Assembly: GCA_965247965.1 (NCBI GenBank)
Contig: OZ252053.1
Span: 1,710,014 to 1,774,013, forward strand
DNA from: Saprospiraceae bacterium
Lineage (GTDB): Bacteria > Bacteroidota > Bacteroidia > Chitinophagales > Saprospiraceae
Direction: 5' to 3'
Length of the DNA stretch: 64,000 bases
Part shown: positions 39,847 through 49,756 of the stretch, piece by piece
Position numbering within the stretch: position 1 is the stretch's first letter
How the letters are laid out: each line of letters starts with the position of its first letter
Translations under genes and position numbers: made by a program
Notes under the pieces: model-generated
Database searches by the model: none
Seen by the model: the letters and a program-made list of their open reading frames with translations, nothing else
What the model was told of the DNA's origin: nothing

Positions 39847-40046
39847 TGTAAAAATTAATGGGACAATGGTGAGGAATACATGTGAAAATTTGATTTATTA
39901 TTTTTTGTAATATGACCAATGGCCGACCTTCCTGAAAGTTTTCGAGATTGGGTCGATTTCAACTGAATCGCGTTGTAAGACCTGACAGATCATACCAAAG
40001 GCAGATAAATTTTCGAAACCTGTCAGGTCCAGGCAAAACTTAAATC

Positions 40047-40457
40047 ATGGAATTAGAAATCACAACAGATAAATCTAAAATCGACGTCCCGTTCGTACAC
40101 CAATATCTCAGCAAAACATCCTATTGGGCAAAGGGCAGAACTTATAGGGCTGTCAAAGAGTCAATCGAAAACTCATTGTGTTTTTCTGCGCTTTTGAACG
40201 AGGTTCAGATCGGCTTCGCACGAGTAGTTACGGATAAAGGGACCTTCGCCTACATCGCTGACCTATTCATTGATGAAAAATATCAAAGGAATGGATATGG
40301 TAGAAGGTTGATGGAAACTATTATGGCTCATCCTGACTTACAAAGTGTAGAGCGATGGATGCTGCTGACCAAGGATGCGCATAAGTTGTACAAAAAATAT
40401 GGATTTAGAAAAACGAAGAAGGCGAAGTGGGTAATGGAGTATTTGCCAGGAATATGA
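40047..40457 (+). CDS. GNAT-family N-acetyltransferase
   Basis: 136 aa with the acetyl-CoA-binding motif (QRNGYGRRLME). Confidence 0.8.
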   Translation: MELEITTDKSKIDVPFVHQYLSKTSYWAKGRTYRAVKESIENSLCFSALLNEVQIGFARVVTDKGTFAYIADLFIDEKYQRNGYGRRLMETIMAHPDLQSVERWMLLTKDAHKLYKKYGFRKTKKAKWVMEYLPGI

Positions 40458-40639
40458 AGATCTGACATACGAAGGATGAAAAGAAAACCTGGTGCCGAAC
40501 AGAATTGCTAAACCGTGTTGGCTCTTTGTTTTGAAAGGACTTTCCACGATTCGAGCTTTTCAATGATTCCGCAAAGGTCTGCACTTATCTTTTTCTTTTC
40601 TTCTTTACTGAGAGAATGAAGTTGTTTAATAACACATTA

Positions 40640-41620
40640 CGGATTATTTTAATATAAAAAGTTTGTAGCTTTAGAAACGCTGAGGTGTAGAACCAAAGAA
40701 TAACTAAAGACTACAAACAATGGTTAAAGCTGAAATTAATGAATTTTTTGTACAACACATGCCTAAAATATCAAATGGAAAGAAACTAAAAGTACCAATG
40801 TGGAAAATAGTGAAGGCCATATTGTATAAGCTCAAAACAGGTGTGCAATGGAGGCAATTGCCTGTTCGACATTTCTTTGGATTTATCAGATATAGCTGGC
40901 AATCAGTGTTTTATCACTTCAACAAGTGGTCAAAAACAGGAATTTGGAAAAGATGTTATGAGCAATTATTGCTAAATAAACGGAAGCATTTAAACCTTTG
41001 TTCTGTAAATTTTGATGGATCACATACCCCGGTAAAGCGAGGAGGACAAGAGGTAGGTTATCAAGGTAGAAAGAAAGCTCAAACCACGAATCTATTGATA
41101 CTGACCGATGATCAGGGTGTGCCAATAGGTTGGTCAGAACCGATAAGTGGCCAGCATCATGACAGTTTTGAACTGGTAAAAACTGCTAATAAAATTTTTG
41201 ATCAAATGGAGGCAATTGACCTTTCATGTGATGGTCTTTTCCTGAATGCCGATGCAGGGTTTGATGTTGCCAAATTCAAGGAACTATGCTTTGAAAAGGA
41301 CATCATATTCAACATCGATAAAAACAAGAGAAGGGGAAAATCAGATGATGAAGACACTCCATATGTCTTTGATAATCAACTATATAAGAGAAGATTTGTG
41401 GTGGAACAACTTAATGCTTGGGTAGACGGATTCAAGACTTTAGTAATAAGATATGAAACCACAACCATCAATTGGATGTCTTTCCACTATCTGGCCTTCG
41501 CAATTATTTTCCTGAGAAAATTTCAAACCGTTAACATTTAGTTATTAAACAACTTCAATGTTTGATCTCGCGGATCAAATTTCCAATGTCAGTAATACCA
41601 TGCTCAATTGCCTTAATATT
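40640..41620 (+). mobile_element. IS5-family element. Its ends were not resolved
   Basis: Single IS5-type transposase ORF, but the termini could not be identified by eye. Confidence 0.45.
40720..41541 (+). CDS. IS5-family (IS427/ISL2-group) transposase with a DUF4096-like N-terminus
   Basis: KLKTGVQWRQLP N-terminal motif, a DDE core, and a C-terminal ...RRFVVEQLNAWVDGFKTLVIRYE. Confidence 0.85.
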   Translation: MVKAEINEFFVQHMPKISNGKKLKVPMWKIVKAILYKLKTGVQWRQLPVRHFFGFIRYSWQSVFYHFNKWSKTGIWKRCYEQLLLNKRKHLNLCSVNFDGSHTPVKRGGQEVGYQGRKKAQTTNLLILTDDQGVPIGWSEPISGQHHDSFELVKTANKIFDQMEAIDLSCDGLFLNADAGFDVAKFKELCFEKDIIFNIDKNKRRGKSDDEDTPYVFDNQLYKRRFVVEQLNAWVDGFKTLVIRYETTTINWMSFHYLAFAIIFLRKFQTVNI

Positions 41621-41756
41621 CGCGAGAGCTTTTTTTAGGAGTTTCTTTCGCCTGCTCATTCCAACATTAAAACTATGAAAAATCTAATCAAGATACAGGT
41701 ACAGACACGTTTGGGTGTGAGACAAATCGCACAAAAAAATTACAATTCAAGTTGAG

Positions 41757-41790
41757 ACGAACGGCGTTCCTTCGAAGGAACGCCGTTCGT
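41757..41790. other. Perfect 34 bp palindrome (acgaacggcgttccttc | gaaggaacgccgttcgt) about 75 bp upstream of the Hsp70 gene
   Basis: The first 17 nt are the exact reverse complement of the last 17 nt. Confidence 0.9.
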
Positions 41791-41866
41791 TAGTGCAATC
41801 TGTCCTGCACCCACACGTTTTGCCTAACAATCCCCATCTTTGTCACACCAATTGTCCTAAAAATTC

Positions 41867-43720
41867 ATGGCCAAAATATCGATCAATCTCAAAGACGGAA
41901 CAATCGGTTCTGATGCGAAGCAGGACGTCATCGTAGGAATCGACCTCGGTACTACCCATAGTTTAGTCTCTTATATCAAAGATGATCAACCAAAGACCAT
42001 TAGAAATTCTTCTGATTCGAATGCACTGGTTCCGTCCATAATTCATTTCAAAAAGGGTGGTAAAATCCTAGTAGGAAATGATGCAAAAACAAAACTCATC
42101 GAACATCCCGAGCGCACCATTTTTTCAGTAAAAAGATTAATGGGCAAGTCATACGACGATGTAGAAAAATTTAACAAAGTGCTCGGCTATAAGATCATCG
42201 ATGAAGACGAAGAAAAATTAGTCAAAATACAGGTAGGTGATAAATTTTACAATCCCGTAGAACTATCGGCAATGATCCTAGCCCAATTAAAGGAAAATGC
42301 AGAAGACGAATTAGGACAATCCATCTCGAAAGTGGTCATTACGGTGCCCGCTTATTTCAACGACGCCCAGAGGCAGGCCACTCGTGATGCAGGAAAACTC
42401 GCCGGCCTCGAAGTACTCCGCATCGTCAACGAACCAACAGCTGCAAGTCTGGCCTACGAACTTGGAACCGACAGGGCACAAGACAAGATCATCGCCGTAT
42501 ACGATCTCGGAGGCGGCACTTTTGACATATCCATTCTGAGAATTGAAAATGGAATTTTTGAAGTGTTGTCGACGAATGGAGATACATTTTTAGGAGGAGA
42601 CGATTTTGACAAAGTCATTTTCGATCATTGGTCTCAACGACTAACTATCAAAGAGTTAGGTGAGAAATCGATTGTCCAGGAGTTGAGATTGAAAGCGGAA
42701 GAAGCAAAAAAAATGTTGTCATTTGAACCTCACTATTCTACTTCTATTAGAAAGAAAAAATTAAGCATTAACCGTGAGGAATTCGAAAACCTCGCAGCCC
42801 CATTGATCAACAAAACAATTGAATCGTGTGCACAAGCGCTTGAAGATGCTAAGGTTTCAAAAGAAGAAATAACCGACGTAATTCTCGTAGGAGGTTCTAC
42901 AAGAATACCCGCTGTAAAAAAGGCGGTAGAGGAATTTTTCAACAAGGAAGTTCACGATGAACTTGATCCCGACGAGGTTGTTGCATTGGGCGCTGCGGTG
43001 CAGGCCGATATTCTTGCGGGTAATCGCAAAGACATGCTTTTGCTGGATATCACTCCTCTTTCTTTGGGAATTGAGACGATTGGCGGATTAATGGATGTGA
43101 TCATTCCGAGGAATTCGAAAGTGCCTTCACGAGCCGCGCGCAATTATACCACATCAGTGGACGGCCAGAAAAACCTTAGAGTTTCGGTCTTTCAGGGAGA
43201 GCGTGAACTTATTACTGACAATAGGAATCTCGGTGAATTTATTTTAAAAGGAATACCACCAATGCCGGCTGGAATTCCAAAAATTGAAATTCAATTTATG
43301 ATAGATGCTGACGGCATTTTGAGGGTTAAGGCAATGGAAAACAGATCGAAAGTGGAAACCGAAGTAGAGATCAAATCGCAGTACGGAATAAGTGAAGAGG
43401 AAATGGCGCTAAGGCTCAAAGATTCGATAGTTTATGCCCAGGACGACATGAGTCAACGCGGTTTGATAGAAGCACGGACGGAAGCCCAGAACATAATTTT
43501 ATCTTCCGATAAATTCATAACACAGAACAAAAAGATCCTCAGTCGTAAGGAAATCGAAGAGATCACGAGAATGACGAGAACGTTAAAAAAACTAGTCGAA
43601 TCGGGCACTAAAGATGAAATTCAGTCGAACATGGAAAGGTTGAATGAGTATACGGCTCCTTTGGCCCATAAGGCGCTTGACGCGAATATTGCGGAGACAT
43701 TGAAGGGAAAGACTTTGTAA
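41867..43720 (+). CDS. Hsp70-family chaperone (HscA/DnaK-like)
   Basis: 617 aa with IGIDLGTTHS, DLGGGTFD and the Hsp70 ATPase and substrate-binding regions. Confidence 0.9.
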   Translation: MAKISINLKDGTIGSDAKQDVIVGIDLGTTHSLVSYIKDDQPKTIRNSSDSNALVPSIIHFKKGGKILVGNDAKTKLIEHPERTIFSVKRLMGKSYDDVEKFNKVLGYKIIDEDEEKLVKIQVGDKFYNPVELSAMILAQLKENAEDELGQSISKVVITVPAYFNDAQRQATRDAGKLAGLEVLRIVNEPTAASLAYELGTDRAQDKIIAVYDLGGGTFDISILRIENGIFEVLSTNGDTFLGGDDFDKVIFDHWSQRLTIKELGEKSIVQELRLKAEEAKKMLSFEPHYSTSIRKKKLSINREEFENLAAPLINKTIESCAQALEDAKVSKEEITDVILVGGSTRIPAVKKAVEEFFNKEVHDELDPDEVVALGAAVQADILAGNRKDMLLLDITPLSLGIETIGGLMDVIIPRNSKVPSRAARNYTTSVDGQKNLRVSVFQGERELITDNRNLGEFILKGIPPMPAGIPKIEIQFMIDADGILRVKAMENRSKVETEVEIKSQYGISEEEMALRLKDSIVYAQDDMSQRGLIEARTEAQNIILSSDKFITQNKKILSRKEIEEITRMTRTLKKLVESGTKDEIQSNMERLNEYTAPLAHKALDANIAETLKGKTL

Positions 43721-43735
43721 CTTTGTAGAAATTTT

Positions 43736-43945
43736 TTGATAATGAATACGATAACCATTGAAACGAAACTGGACAGGAATTTTTTGGAAAGAGAGGATCT
43801 GAAGGAATTTTTAGGGAATAAGGTGCAAATCGTTATGATGGATCTCGAATCCAGGACTTCATGGAAAAAAGCGAGCATTGAAAGAGAGGCAAACGAGAAA
43901 CTAGAACAGGATTTGGATAAGCCAAATACAGCAGATTTACATTAA
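43736..43945 (+). CDS. Small putative antitoxin, paralog 1 (69 aa)
   Basis: The N-terminal half (KLDRNFLEREDLKEFLGNKVQIV) is paralogous to 43978..44187 and sits upstream of the PIN gene. Confidence 0.5.
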   Translation: MIMNTITIETKLDRNFLEREDLKEFLGNKVQIVMMDLESRTSWKKASIEREANEKLEQDLDKPNTADLH

Positions 43946-43977
43946 GATGACTACCATGGATCTAAAACAATATTATT

Positions 43978-44187
43978 ATGGCCATCCTCGTATTTGAAGC
44001 AAAGCTAGATGAAAATGTGCTTGAAAGAGAGGACGTAAAAAAATTCCTCGGCAGAAAAGTGCAAATTGTGGTTAGCGAAGTTAGCAAAGGAAAGACTCCA
44101 GGTCAGAGACTCGCTCATATAGGCGGAAGGTGGAATCTAGGTGGAAAACTTGACGATGTCAATATCAGAGATTTTGCCCATGAGTAA
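43978..44187 (+). CDS. Small putative antitoxin, paralog 2 (69 aa, VapB-like). Its stop overlaps the PIN start in an ATGA
   Basis: KLDENVLEREDVKKFLGRKVQIV N-terminus and a C-terminal GRWNLGG...DF tail typical of toxin-binding tails. Confidence 0.55.
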   Translation: MAILVFEAKLDENVLEREDVKKFLGRKVQIVVSEVSKGKTPGQRLAHIGGRWNLGGKLDDVNIRDFAHE

Positions 44188-44587
44188 AATCATTATCGAT
44201 ACGAATGTGCTGATATACAATTTCGATAAGAAATCAAAATTCTATAAAGAGACCCAGACTTTCTTCCGCGAAACATACGACGATTTGCATTTGTCCTCTA
44301 AAGTCATCGCAGAATTCTTTTCCGTTTGTTCTAAATTAGGCATTGGGCTCGTAGAAGCATTTAGCCAATACTACTTTTTTAAAAACTTATGTGAGTTGGT
44401 CTTTGTAGATAGGAAAAGCACGGCTATATTCGAAACATTAATCGATAAGTATGACCCTCTGGGAAACCAGGTTTACGATGTTGAAGTAGCCTCAGTAATG
44501 ATTGCAAATAACATCAAAACCATCTACACATACAACCACAAAGATTTCGAACGCATCGAAGAAATATCCATCCTAGAATTAAACTAA
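44180..44587 (+). CDS. PIN-domain (VapC-like) ribonuclease toxin
   Basis: IIDTNVLIY N-terminal PIN motif and acidic residues at the conserved positions. The track ORF 44141 start is trimmed to the ATG at 44180. Confidence 0.7.
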   Translation: MSKIIIDTNVLIYNFDKKSKFYKETQTFFRETYDDLHLSSKVIAEFFSVCSKLGIGLVEAFSQYYFFKNLCELVFVDRKSTAIFETLIDKYDPLGNQVYDVEVASVMIANNIKTIYTYNHKDFERIEEISILELN

Positions 44588-44599
44588 GCGGTCACCTTA

Positions 44600-46093
44600 A
44601 TGAAAACCGCCCTAATAAGACCATTCGCAAATCACATCTCCTCAAAAATCAAAAGAGATGCAAAAAATGCCAGCAAAGACCAGCAAAAAATAAGGCAACT
44701 GCTCATTTCAAAAGCTCAAAACACACTCTTCGGAAAAAACCACCATTTCGCTTCCATACATACCTATAATGACTTCAAAAACCATATTCCGATCTGCGAT
44801 TATGAAGGTCTAAAAGAATATTTCGAATTAGCCAAAAAAGGCCTGCCCGACATCCTCTGGCCTGGAAAACCCAAGTACTTCGCCAAAACCTCCGGTACAA
44901 CTTCAGGTGCAAAATATATTCCTGTAACTCATGAAAGTGTGCCTAATCATATTCACTCTGCGCGCAATGCCCTGTTCAATTTTATAAGTGCGAACAAGAG
45001 GTCAAAGATCTTCGACGGCAAAGTAATTTTCCTTTCTGGCTCTCCCACTATGACAAAAACAGGTGGAATCAAAACCGGCCGTCTTTCGGGTATCGTTAAT
45101 CACGAAGTACCAGCATGGCTTCGCTCCAACCAATTGCCCTCATACGAGACAAATTGCATCGAAGACTGGGAAGTAAAAGTGGATCGAATCGTAGAAGAAA
45201 CCTATAATCAGGACATGCGATTGATCAGTGGCATACCACCTTGGGTATTGATGTATTTTGAAAAACTATTAGAGAAAACAGGGAAGAAAAATATCAAGTC
45301 CATATTTCCAAATTTCGACTTATTTGCATACGGAGGTGTCAATTTTGAACCGTACCGCTCGAGTATAGTTGAAATGATTGGCAAAGAGATCGATATGATC
45401 GAAACCTATCCTGCTTCGGAAGGTTTTATTGCGTACAGCACAGAAATTCCGCATCAAGGCCTTCTCCTTAACGCCAATTCAGGGATTTTCTATGAATTCG
45501 TAAAAGCCGAAACGATTCATCGTGATCAGCCGGAAAGAGTAGATTTAAAAGATGTCGAATTGGGTGTCAATTACGCGATCGTAGTAAACAACAATGCCGG
45601 GCTTTGGGGTTACAATTTAGGGGATACGGTGAGCTTCGTTTCAAAAGATCCGTACAAGATCGTCGTCACCGGCAGGATCAAACATTTCATCTCTGCCTTT
45701 GGCGAGCACGTCATTGTCAAAGAGGTCGAGCAAGCCATATCCGAAGCAGCGAAAATTCATGATGCGAAGATCATTGATTTTACTGTGGCTCCTGAAGTCA
45801 ATCCATCAAAGGGTCTGCCCTATCACGAATGGTTTATTGAGTTTGAAAAAGAGCAACCGTCTCTTAACGCATTTAGTCAAAGCATAGACAACTTACTTGG
45901 AAAACAAAACGCATATTACGACGATCTGGTGAATGGAAACATCTTGAGAAGTCTCGTTATATCTAAGGTGAGAAAGAATGGTTTTCGCGACATGATGAAG
46001 GCCAGGGGCAAACTTGGAGGGCAGAACAAGGTGCCGAGGTTGAGTAATGATAGGAATTTAGCGGAGGATCTAGCTGGTTTTGTCCTTAAATGA
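44600..46093 (+). CDS. GH3-family (auxin-responsive-promoter-like) adenylate-forming enzyme
   Basis: 497 aa with a KTSGTTSGAKYIP AMP-binding-like motif and the GH3 middle and C-terminal regions. Confidence 0.8.
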   Translation: MKTALIRPFANHISSKIKRDAKNASKDQQKIRQLLISKAQNTLFGKNHHFASIHTYNDFKNHIPICDYEGLKEYFELAKKGLPDILWPGKPKYFAKTSGTTSGAKYIPVTHESVPNHIHSARNALFNFISANKRSKIFDGKVIFLSGSPTMTKTGGIKTGRLSGIVNHEVPAWLRSNQLPSYETNCIEDWEVKVDRIVEETYNQDMRLISGIPPWVLMYFEKLLEKTGKKNIKSIFPNFDLFAYGGVNFEPYRSSIVEMIGKEIDMIETYPASEGFIAYSTEIPHQGLLLNANSGIFYEFVKAETIHRDQPERVDLKDVELGVNYAIVVNNNAGLWGYNLGDTVSFVSKDPYKIVVTGRIKHFISAFGEHVIVKEVEQAISEAAKIHDAKIIDFTVAPEVNPSKGLPYHEWFIEFEKEQPSLNAFSQSIDNLLGKQNAYYDDLVNGNILRSLVISKVRKNGFRDMMKARGKLGGQNKVPRLSNDRNLAEDLAGFVLK

Positions 46094-46096
46094 AGT

Positions 46097-46201
46097 GCTC
46101 GCTTCGGCTACGCTCAGGACAGGCGCTCAATGACCAAGTTTATGAACAAATCTCATCCTAACCCAGAGCGAAGCGCCACGGTAGCTGAGCGGAGCCGAAG
46201 C
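46097..46201. repeat. GC-rich palindromic element between convergent genes. Arms gctcgcttcggctacgctcag and ctgagcggagccgaagc flank an ~65 bp core
   Basis: 18 bp inverted arms. GC-rich island in an AT-rich genome. It belongs to the same class as the repeats at 36030..36130, 58571..58620 and 60225..60340. Confidence 0.6.
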
Positions 46202-47211
46202 TACTTCCCCCTTTTCTTCCTTCGCTCCAACAAAGCAGTATAATATTTATGCTCATCCGCATCAGAAGGTTCGACACTGAAAGTATCTGTTTCCCGATCT
46301 CTGCTCACAAGGTAGTAGACCACATCATCCTCGCAACTCGCTTCAACGCACACTTCCGTCCCATTGACACAGATATTTATTACCTCATCACAGGCAACAC
46401 GCGTATCGAGTACGGTCAAGTCGTCAAACTCCCATTCTTCGCCAGCGATCAAAAGCGCACATGGATGCTTCACAATACTCCGGTGAGGAAAGATGGTAAT
46501 AAGCTTGGAGTTCTCCTCATCGACATCGACATCATTTGCAGGCCCTTGTGCTCCGTTGATCTGACCGATTATGGATCGTATTTGATTCAGTTTAATTTTT
46601 TTCTTCTTGCACTCATATGCATATTCTGGATGCCTTTCTAATAGGAATTCATTGAAATCCTTGCAATTCCTGAATACGTTAAACTCCTGATTATCAGGGT
46701 CGAAGATCATTCCTCGGATTCGATCTCCTCCTCCACCTCCCAATGAAAGCCCAAGGCCGATTCCGGTGCTAACTCCTCCTCCGCCTATTCCAATTCCTGA
46801 TCCGGATCTGTTATAACTATCCCCGTCGTACTCCAGGTAGTCATATACGCCCCAAGACAGTACCTTGAGAAAATCACTCGAGTACCTTGAGCTTGGCAAA
46901 TGATCTTTTTTAGCCAAATTGCGTGTAATGGGATAGATCTGAATGTACAATTCACCATCGATTAGAGCCGCGAATGCCTTCTTCAATTTCTTGTTATCCC
47001 TTCTGGTTTTTAAAATGTATTTTTTTACACGTCCGCCTCGGTCGAACACTTTATCCACATAGGGCTTATCACTCGTATCGCAGACATCGTCTAGGTAATC
47101 TTCCATTGTTCTAAAAATGCAATTGGAAGGATCGCCTGCATCGGCTCTCTGAGGATAGAGTGGACTAATAATAATTATATAAATCAAAAAAGTGAATAGG
47201 CAACGTATCAT
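46201..47211 (-). CDS. Hypothetical secreted protein with a central Gly-rich low-complexity segment
   Basis: N-terminal hydrophobic signal-like segment and a GIGIGGGGVSTGIGLGLSLGGGGGD stretch. No known domain. Confidence 0.5.
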   Translation of the reverse strand: MIRCLFTFLIYIIIISPLYPQRADAGDPSNCIFRTMEDYLDDVCDTSDKPYVDKVFDRGGRVKKYILKTRRDNKKLKKAFAALIDGELYIQIYPITRNLAKKDHLPSSRYSSDFLKVLSWGVYDYLEYDGDSYNRSGSGIGIGGGGVSTGIGLGLSLGGGGGDRIRGMIFDPDNQEFNVFRNCKDFNEFLLERHPEYAYECKKKKIKLNQIRSIIGQINGAQGPANDVDVDEENSKLITIFPHRSIVKHPCALLIAGEEWEFDDLTVLDTRVACDEVINICVNGTEVCVEASCEDDVVYYLVSRDRETDTFSVEPSDADEHKYYTALLERRKKRGK

Positions 47212-47379
47212 TCATCTATTTTTTTAAAACAACTCAAATATAAATTTACACAAACATAGAACGGTTTCTCCTATCAGGTCAATACATCAGTTAAAAATTA
47301 GCCGAGAAAAAATATCACAGGCCAAAATGAGGTTTCTTCATGAGTGCGATATTGCTTCATCACATATAATTAAATATCT

Positions 47380-48192
47380 TTGCGCGCTATGAAAACAATT
47401 CTGCTTTTTTTCGTACCAATTCTGATTCTATATACAGCCTGCAAATCCGAATTTGAGACCGTCCGCACTAGCGGCGACGGGCAGAAAATGCTCGAAATGG
47501 CCAATAAATTATTTGATGAGGGAGACTATACGAAAGCCATAGCGCTATACGAAATTATCTTGCCGGCCTATCGCGGAAAAACCGAAGGAGAAGCAATATT
47601 TTACAAGTACGCCGATGCTCATTTTAAAAATAGAAGCTATGTCCTGGCAGCACATTATTACAAATCGTTTAGCGATACTTATGGCACATCACCAAAAAGA
47701 GAAGATGCCCTTTTTATGTCGGCGTATTCTAATTATAAATTGTCTCCGCGGTACAAACTAGATCAATCATCGAGTGAACAGGCGATAGTCGGTTTTCAAC
47801 TCTTCGCCAACACTTTTCCGGACAGCGAAAGATTGCAAGAGTGCAACGCACTGATCGATCAGCTAAGAGGCAAAAAAGAAAGAAAGGAATTCGAATCGGG
47901 AAAACTTTATTATCATACCAAAAAATACAATGCCGCGGTAGTCACATTGGAGAATATGCTCCGGTCATACCCGGAATCAAAAAACGAAGAAGAAGCTAGA
48001 TACATAATCGCTAAATCAAATCACTTGCTGGCTCAAAACAGTATATATCTGAGACAAGAAGAAAGATTTTCTACCACCGTAAAAAGCTGTGACCGATTCT
48101 TGAAAAAATACCCCGATAGTAACTACACTAGAGAAGTGGCAAACTTCAAGGAGAATAGTCTCCAGGAAATAAATAAAATTAAGAATGGCTGA
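47380..48192 (+). CDS. bamD: Outer-membrane assembly lipoprotein BamD-like (TPR)
   Basis: Lipobox (LYTACKS) and TPR repeats, in the conserved position upstream of rpoZ in Bacteroidota. Confidence 0.7.
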   Translation: MRAMKTILLFFVPILILYTACKSEFETVRTSGDGQKMLEMANKLFDEGDYTKAIALYEIILPAYRGKTEGEAIFYKYADAHFKNRSYVLAAHYYKSFSDTYGTSPKREDALFMSAYSNYKLSPRYKLDQSSSEQAIVGFQLFANTFPDSERLQECNALIDQLRGKKERKEFESGKLYYHTKKYNAAVVTLENMLRSYPESKNEEEARYIIAKSNHLLAQNSIYLRQEERFSTTVKSCDRFLKKYPDSNYTREVANFKENSLQEINKIKNG

Positions 48193-48526
48193 TATTAAAA
48201 ATCAAGTACAAAGTATCAATCCTAACCTAAGCGCTGTAGATGTCGAAGACCTTGCTGGCCGTACCGGTAATATATATGAGGCTTTAGCTATCATTACCAA
48301 AAGGGCAAGACAACTCAATCGGGAAATCAAAATTGAATTGCAGGCCAAACTCGAGGAATTTGCAGTAGACTCTGATACGATCGAAGAAATCCAGGAGAAC
48401 AAGGAGCAAATCGAGATTTCCAAGTTCTACGAAAGACTCCCAAATCCGACCAGGATAGCTTTGGATGCTTATGTTAATAAAGAATTGGAATCGGAATACT
48501 TAGAAGAAAATGGTCGCAGGGAATAA
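48185..48526 (+). CDS. rpoZ: DNA-directed RNA polymerase subunit omega
   Basis: 113 aa with an RpoZ-like conserved core (NIYEALAIITKRARQL). Confidence 0.7.
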   Translation: MADIKNQVQSINPNLSAVDVEDLAGRTGNIYEALAIITKRARQLNREIKIELQAKLEEFAVDSDTIEEIQENKEQIEISKFYERLPNPTRIALDAYVNKELESEYLEENGRRE

Positions 48527-48550
48527 TGTGATTTCGACTTCCGCAAAGGA

Positions 48551-49756
48551 GTGAAGATGAATAAGTTCATTTTAGGCATTTCAGGGAGTATAGCTGCCTA
48601 CAAAGCTGCCTACTTCGTGCGAGCTCTGATCAAAAAACGAAAAGAGGTCAGGGTGGTCATGACACCTAGTGCTACTAAGTTCGTTGCTCCCATCACCCTT
48701 TCTACACTGTCAAAGCACGAAGTACACATCGACCTGATAAATGAAGACTCCTGGAACAATCACGTGGAATTAGGCCTGTGGGCAGATGCTATGATTGTGG
48801 CTCCGGCAACGGCGACGACAATAGCCAAAATGGCCAATGGCATCGCCGATAATATGCTGATAGCCACCTATTTAAGCGTAAAATGTCCCGTATATATCGC
48901 ACCTGCTATGGATCTCGATATGTGGAAGCACCCTTCTACCTTATCGAATATTGAAAAGCTCGAGTCCTATGGGAATAAAATAATCCCGGTCGGTAATGGA
49001 GAATTGGCGAGTGGTCTGTATGGTGAAGGTCGAATGGCCGAGCCCGATGACATTGTGAATTTTGTATTACAAGCTAAACCAAGAATTGGCAGACATGGAG
49101 ATCTTATTGGCAAAAAAGTACTAATCACGGCTGGGCCTACACAAGAAAGAATCGATGCTGTGCGATTCATAGGTAATCACAGCAGCGGTAAAATGGGTAT
49201 AGCGCTTGCAGAAGAATGTGCTTCCCGGGGCGCCGATGTTTCTCTGATATTGGGACCGACTGGTCTCAAACCATCCAACGGTCATGTGAATCTAACTTCG
49301 GTAGTTACTGCCGAACAAATGTATGGGGCGGCGGTAGATCAATACAGCGAAGCGGATATTTGCATTATGGCCGCAGCTGTTGCGGATTATACACCTAGTC
49401 AAATTTTCGACCATAAAGTCAAAAAAGTCAATAGCGCATGGAAAATGGATCTGAAAAAAACCAAAGATATAGCCCTCGAATTGGGTAAGCGAAAAAAGAA
49501 AAATCAGCTCAACATAGGATTCGCCTTAGAAACCGATAATGAATTGGATTATGCCAAAGGCAAAATGAAGAAAAAAGATTTTGATTTCATAGTGCTCAAT
49601 TCGCTGAAAGACAAAGGTGCTGGATTTCAGTACGATACCAATAAGGTTACGATCATTTTTAAGGACAATAAGATCAAGAAGTTTGAGTTAAAATCAAAAC
49701 GGGATGTCGCCGAAGACATTGTCGATGAAATCATTTCAATACTACCGGATGCCTAG
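48551..49756 (+). CDS. coaBC: Bifunctional phosphopantothenoylcysteine decarboxylase / phosphopantothenate-cysteine ligase
   Basis: 401 aa with the flavoprotein N-terminal motif (ILGISGSIAAYKA) and the DFP C-terminal domain. Confidence 0.9.
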   Translation: MKMNKFILGISGSIAAYKAAYFVRALIKKRKEVRVVMTPSATKFVAPITLSTLSKHEVHIDLINEDSWNNHVELGLWADAMIVAPATATTIAKMANGIADNMLIATYLSVKCPVYIAPAMDLDMWKHPSTLSNIEKLESYGNKIIPVGNGELASGLYGEGRMAEPDDIVNFVLQAKPRIGRHGDLIGKKVLITAGPTQERIDAVRFIGNHSSGKMGIALAEECASRGADVSLILGPTGLKPSNGHVNLTSVVTAEQMYGAAVDQYSEADICIMAAAVADYTPSQIFDHKVKKVNSAWKMDLKKTKDIALELGKRKKKNQLNIGFALETDNELDYAKGKMKKKDFDFIVLNSLKDKGAGFQYDTNKVTIIFKDNKIKKFELKSKRDVAEDIVDEIISILPDA

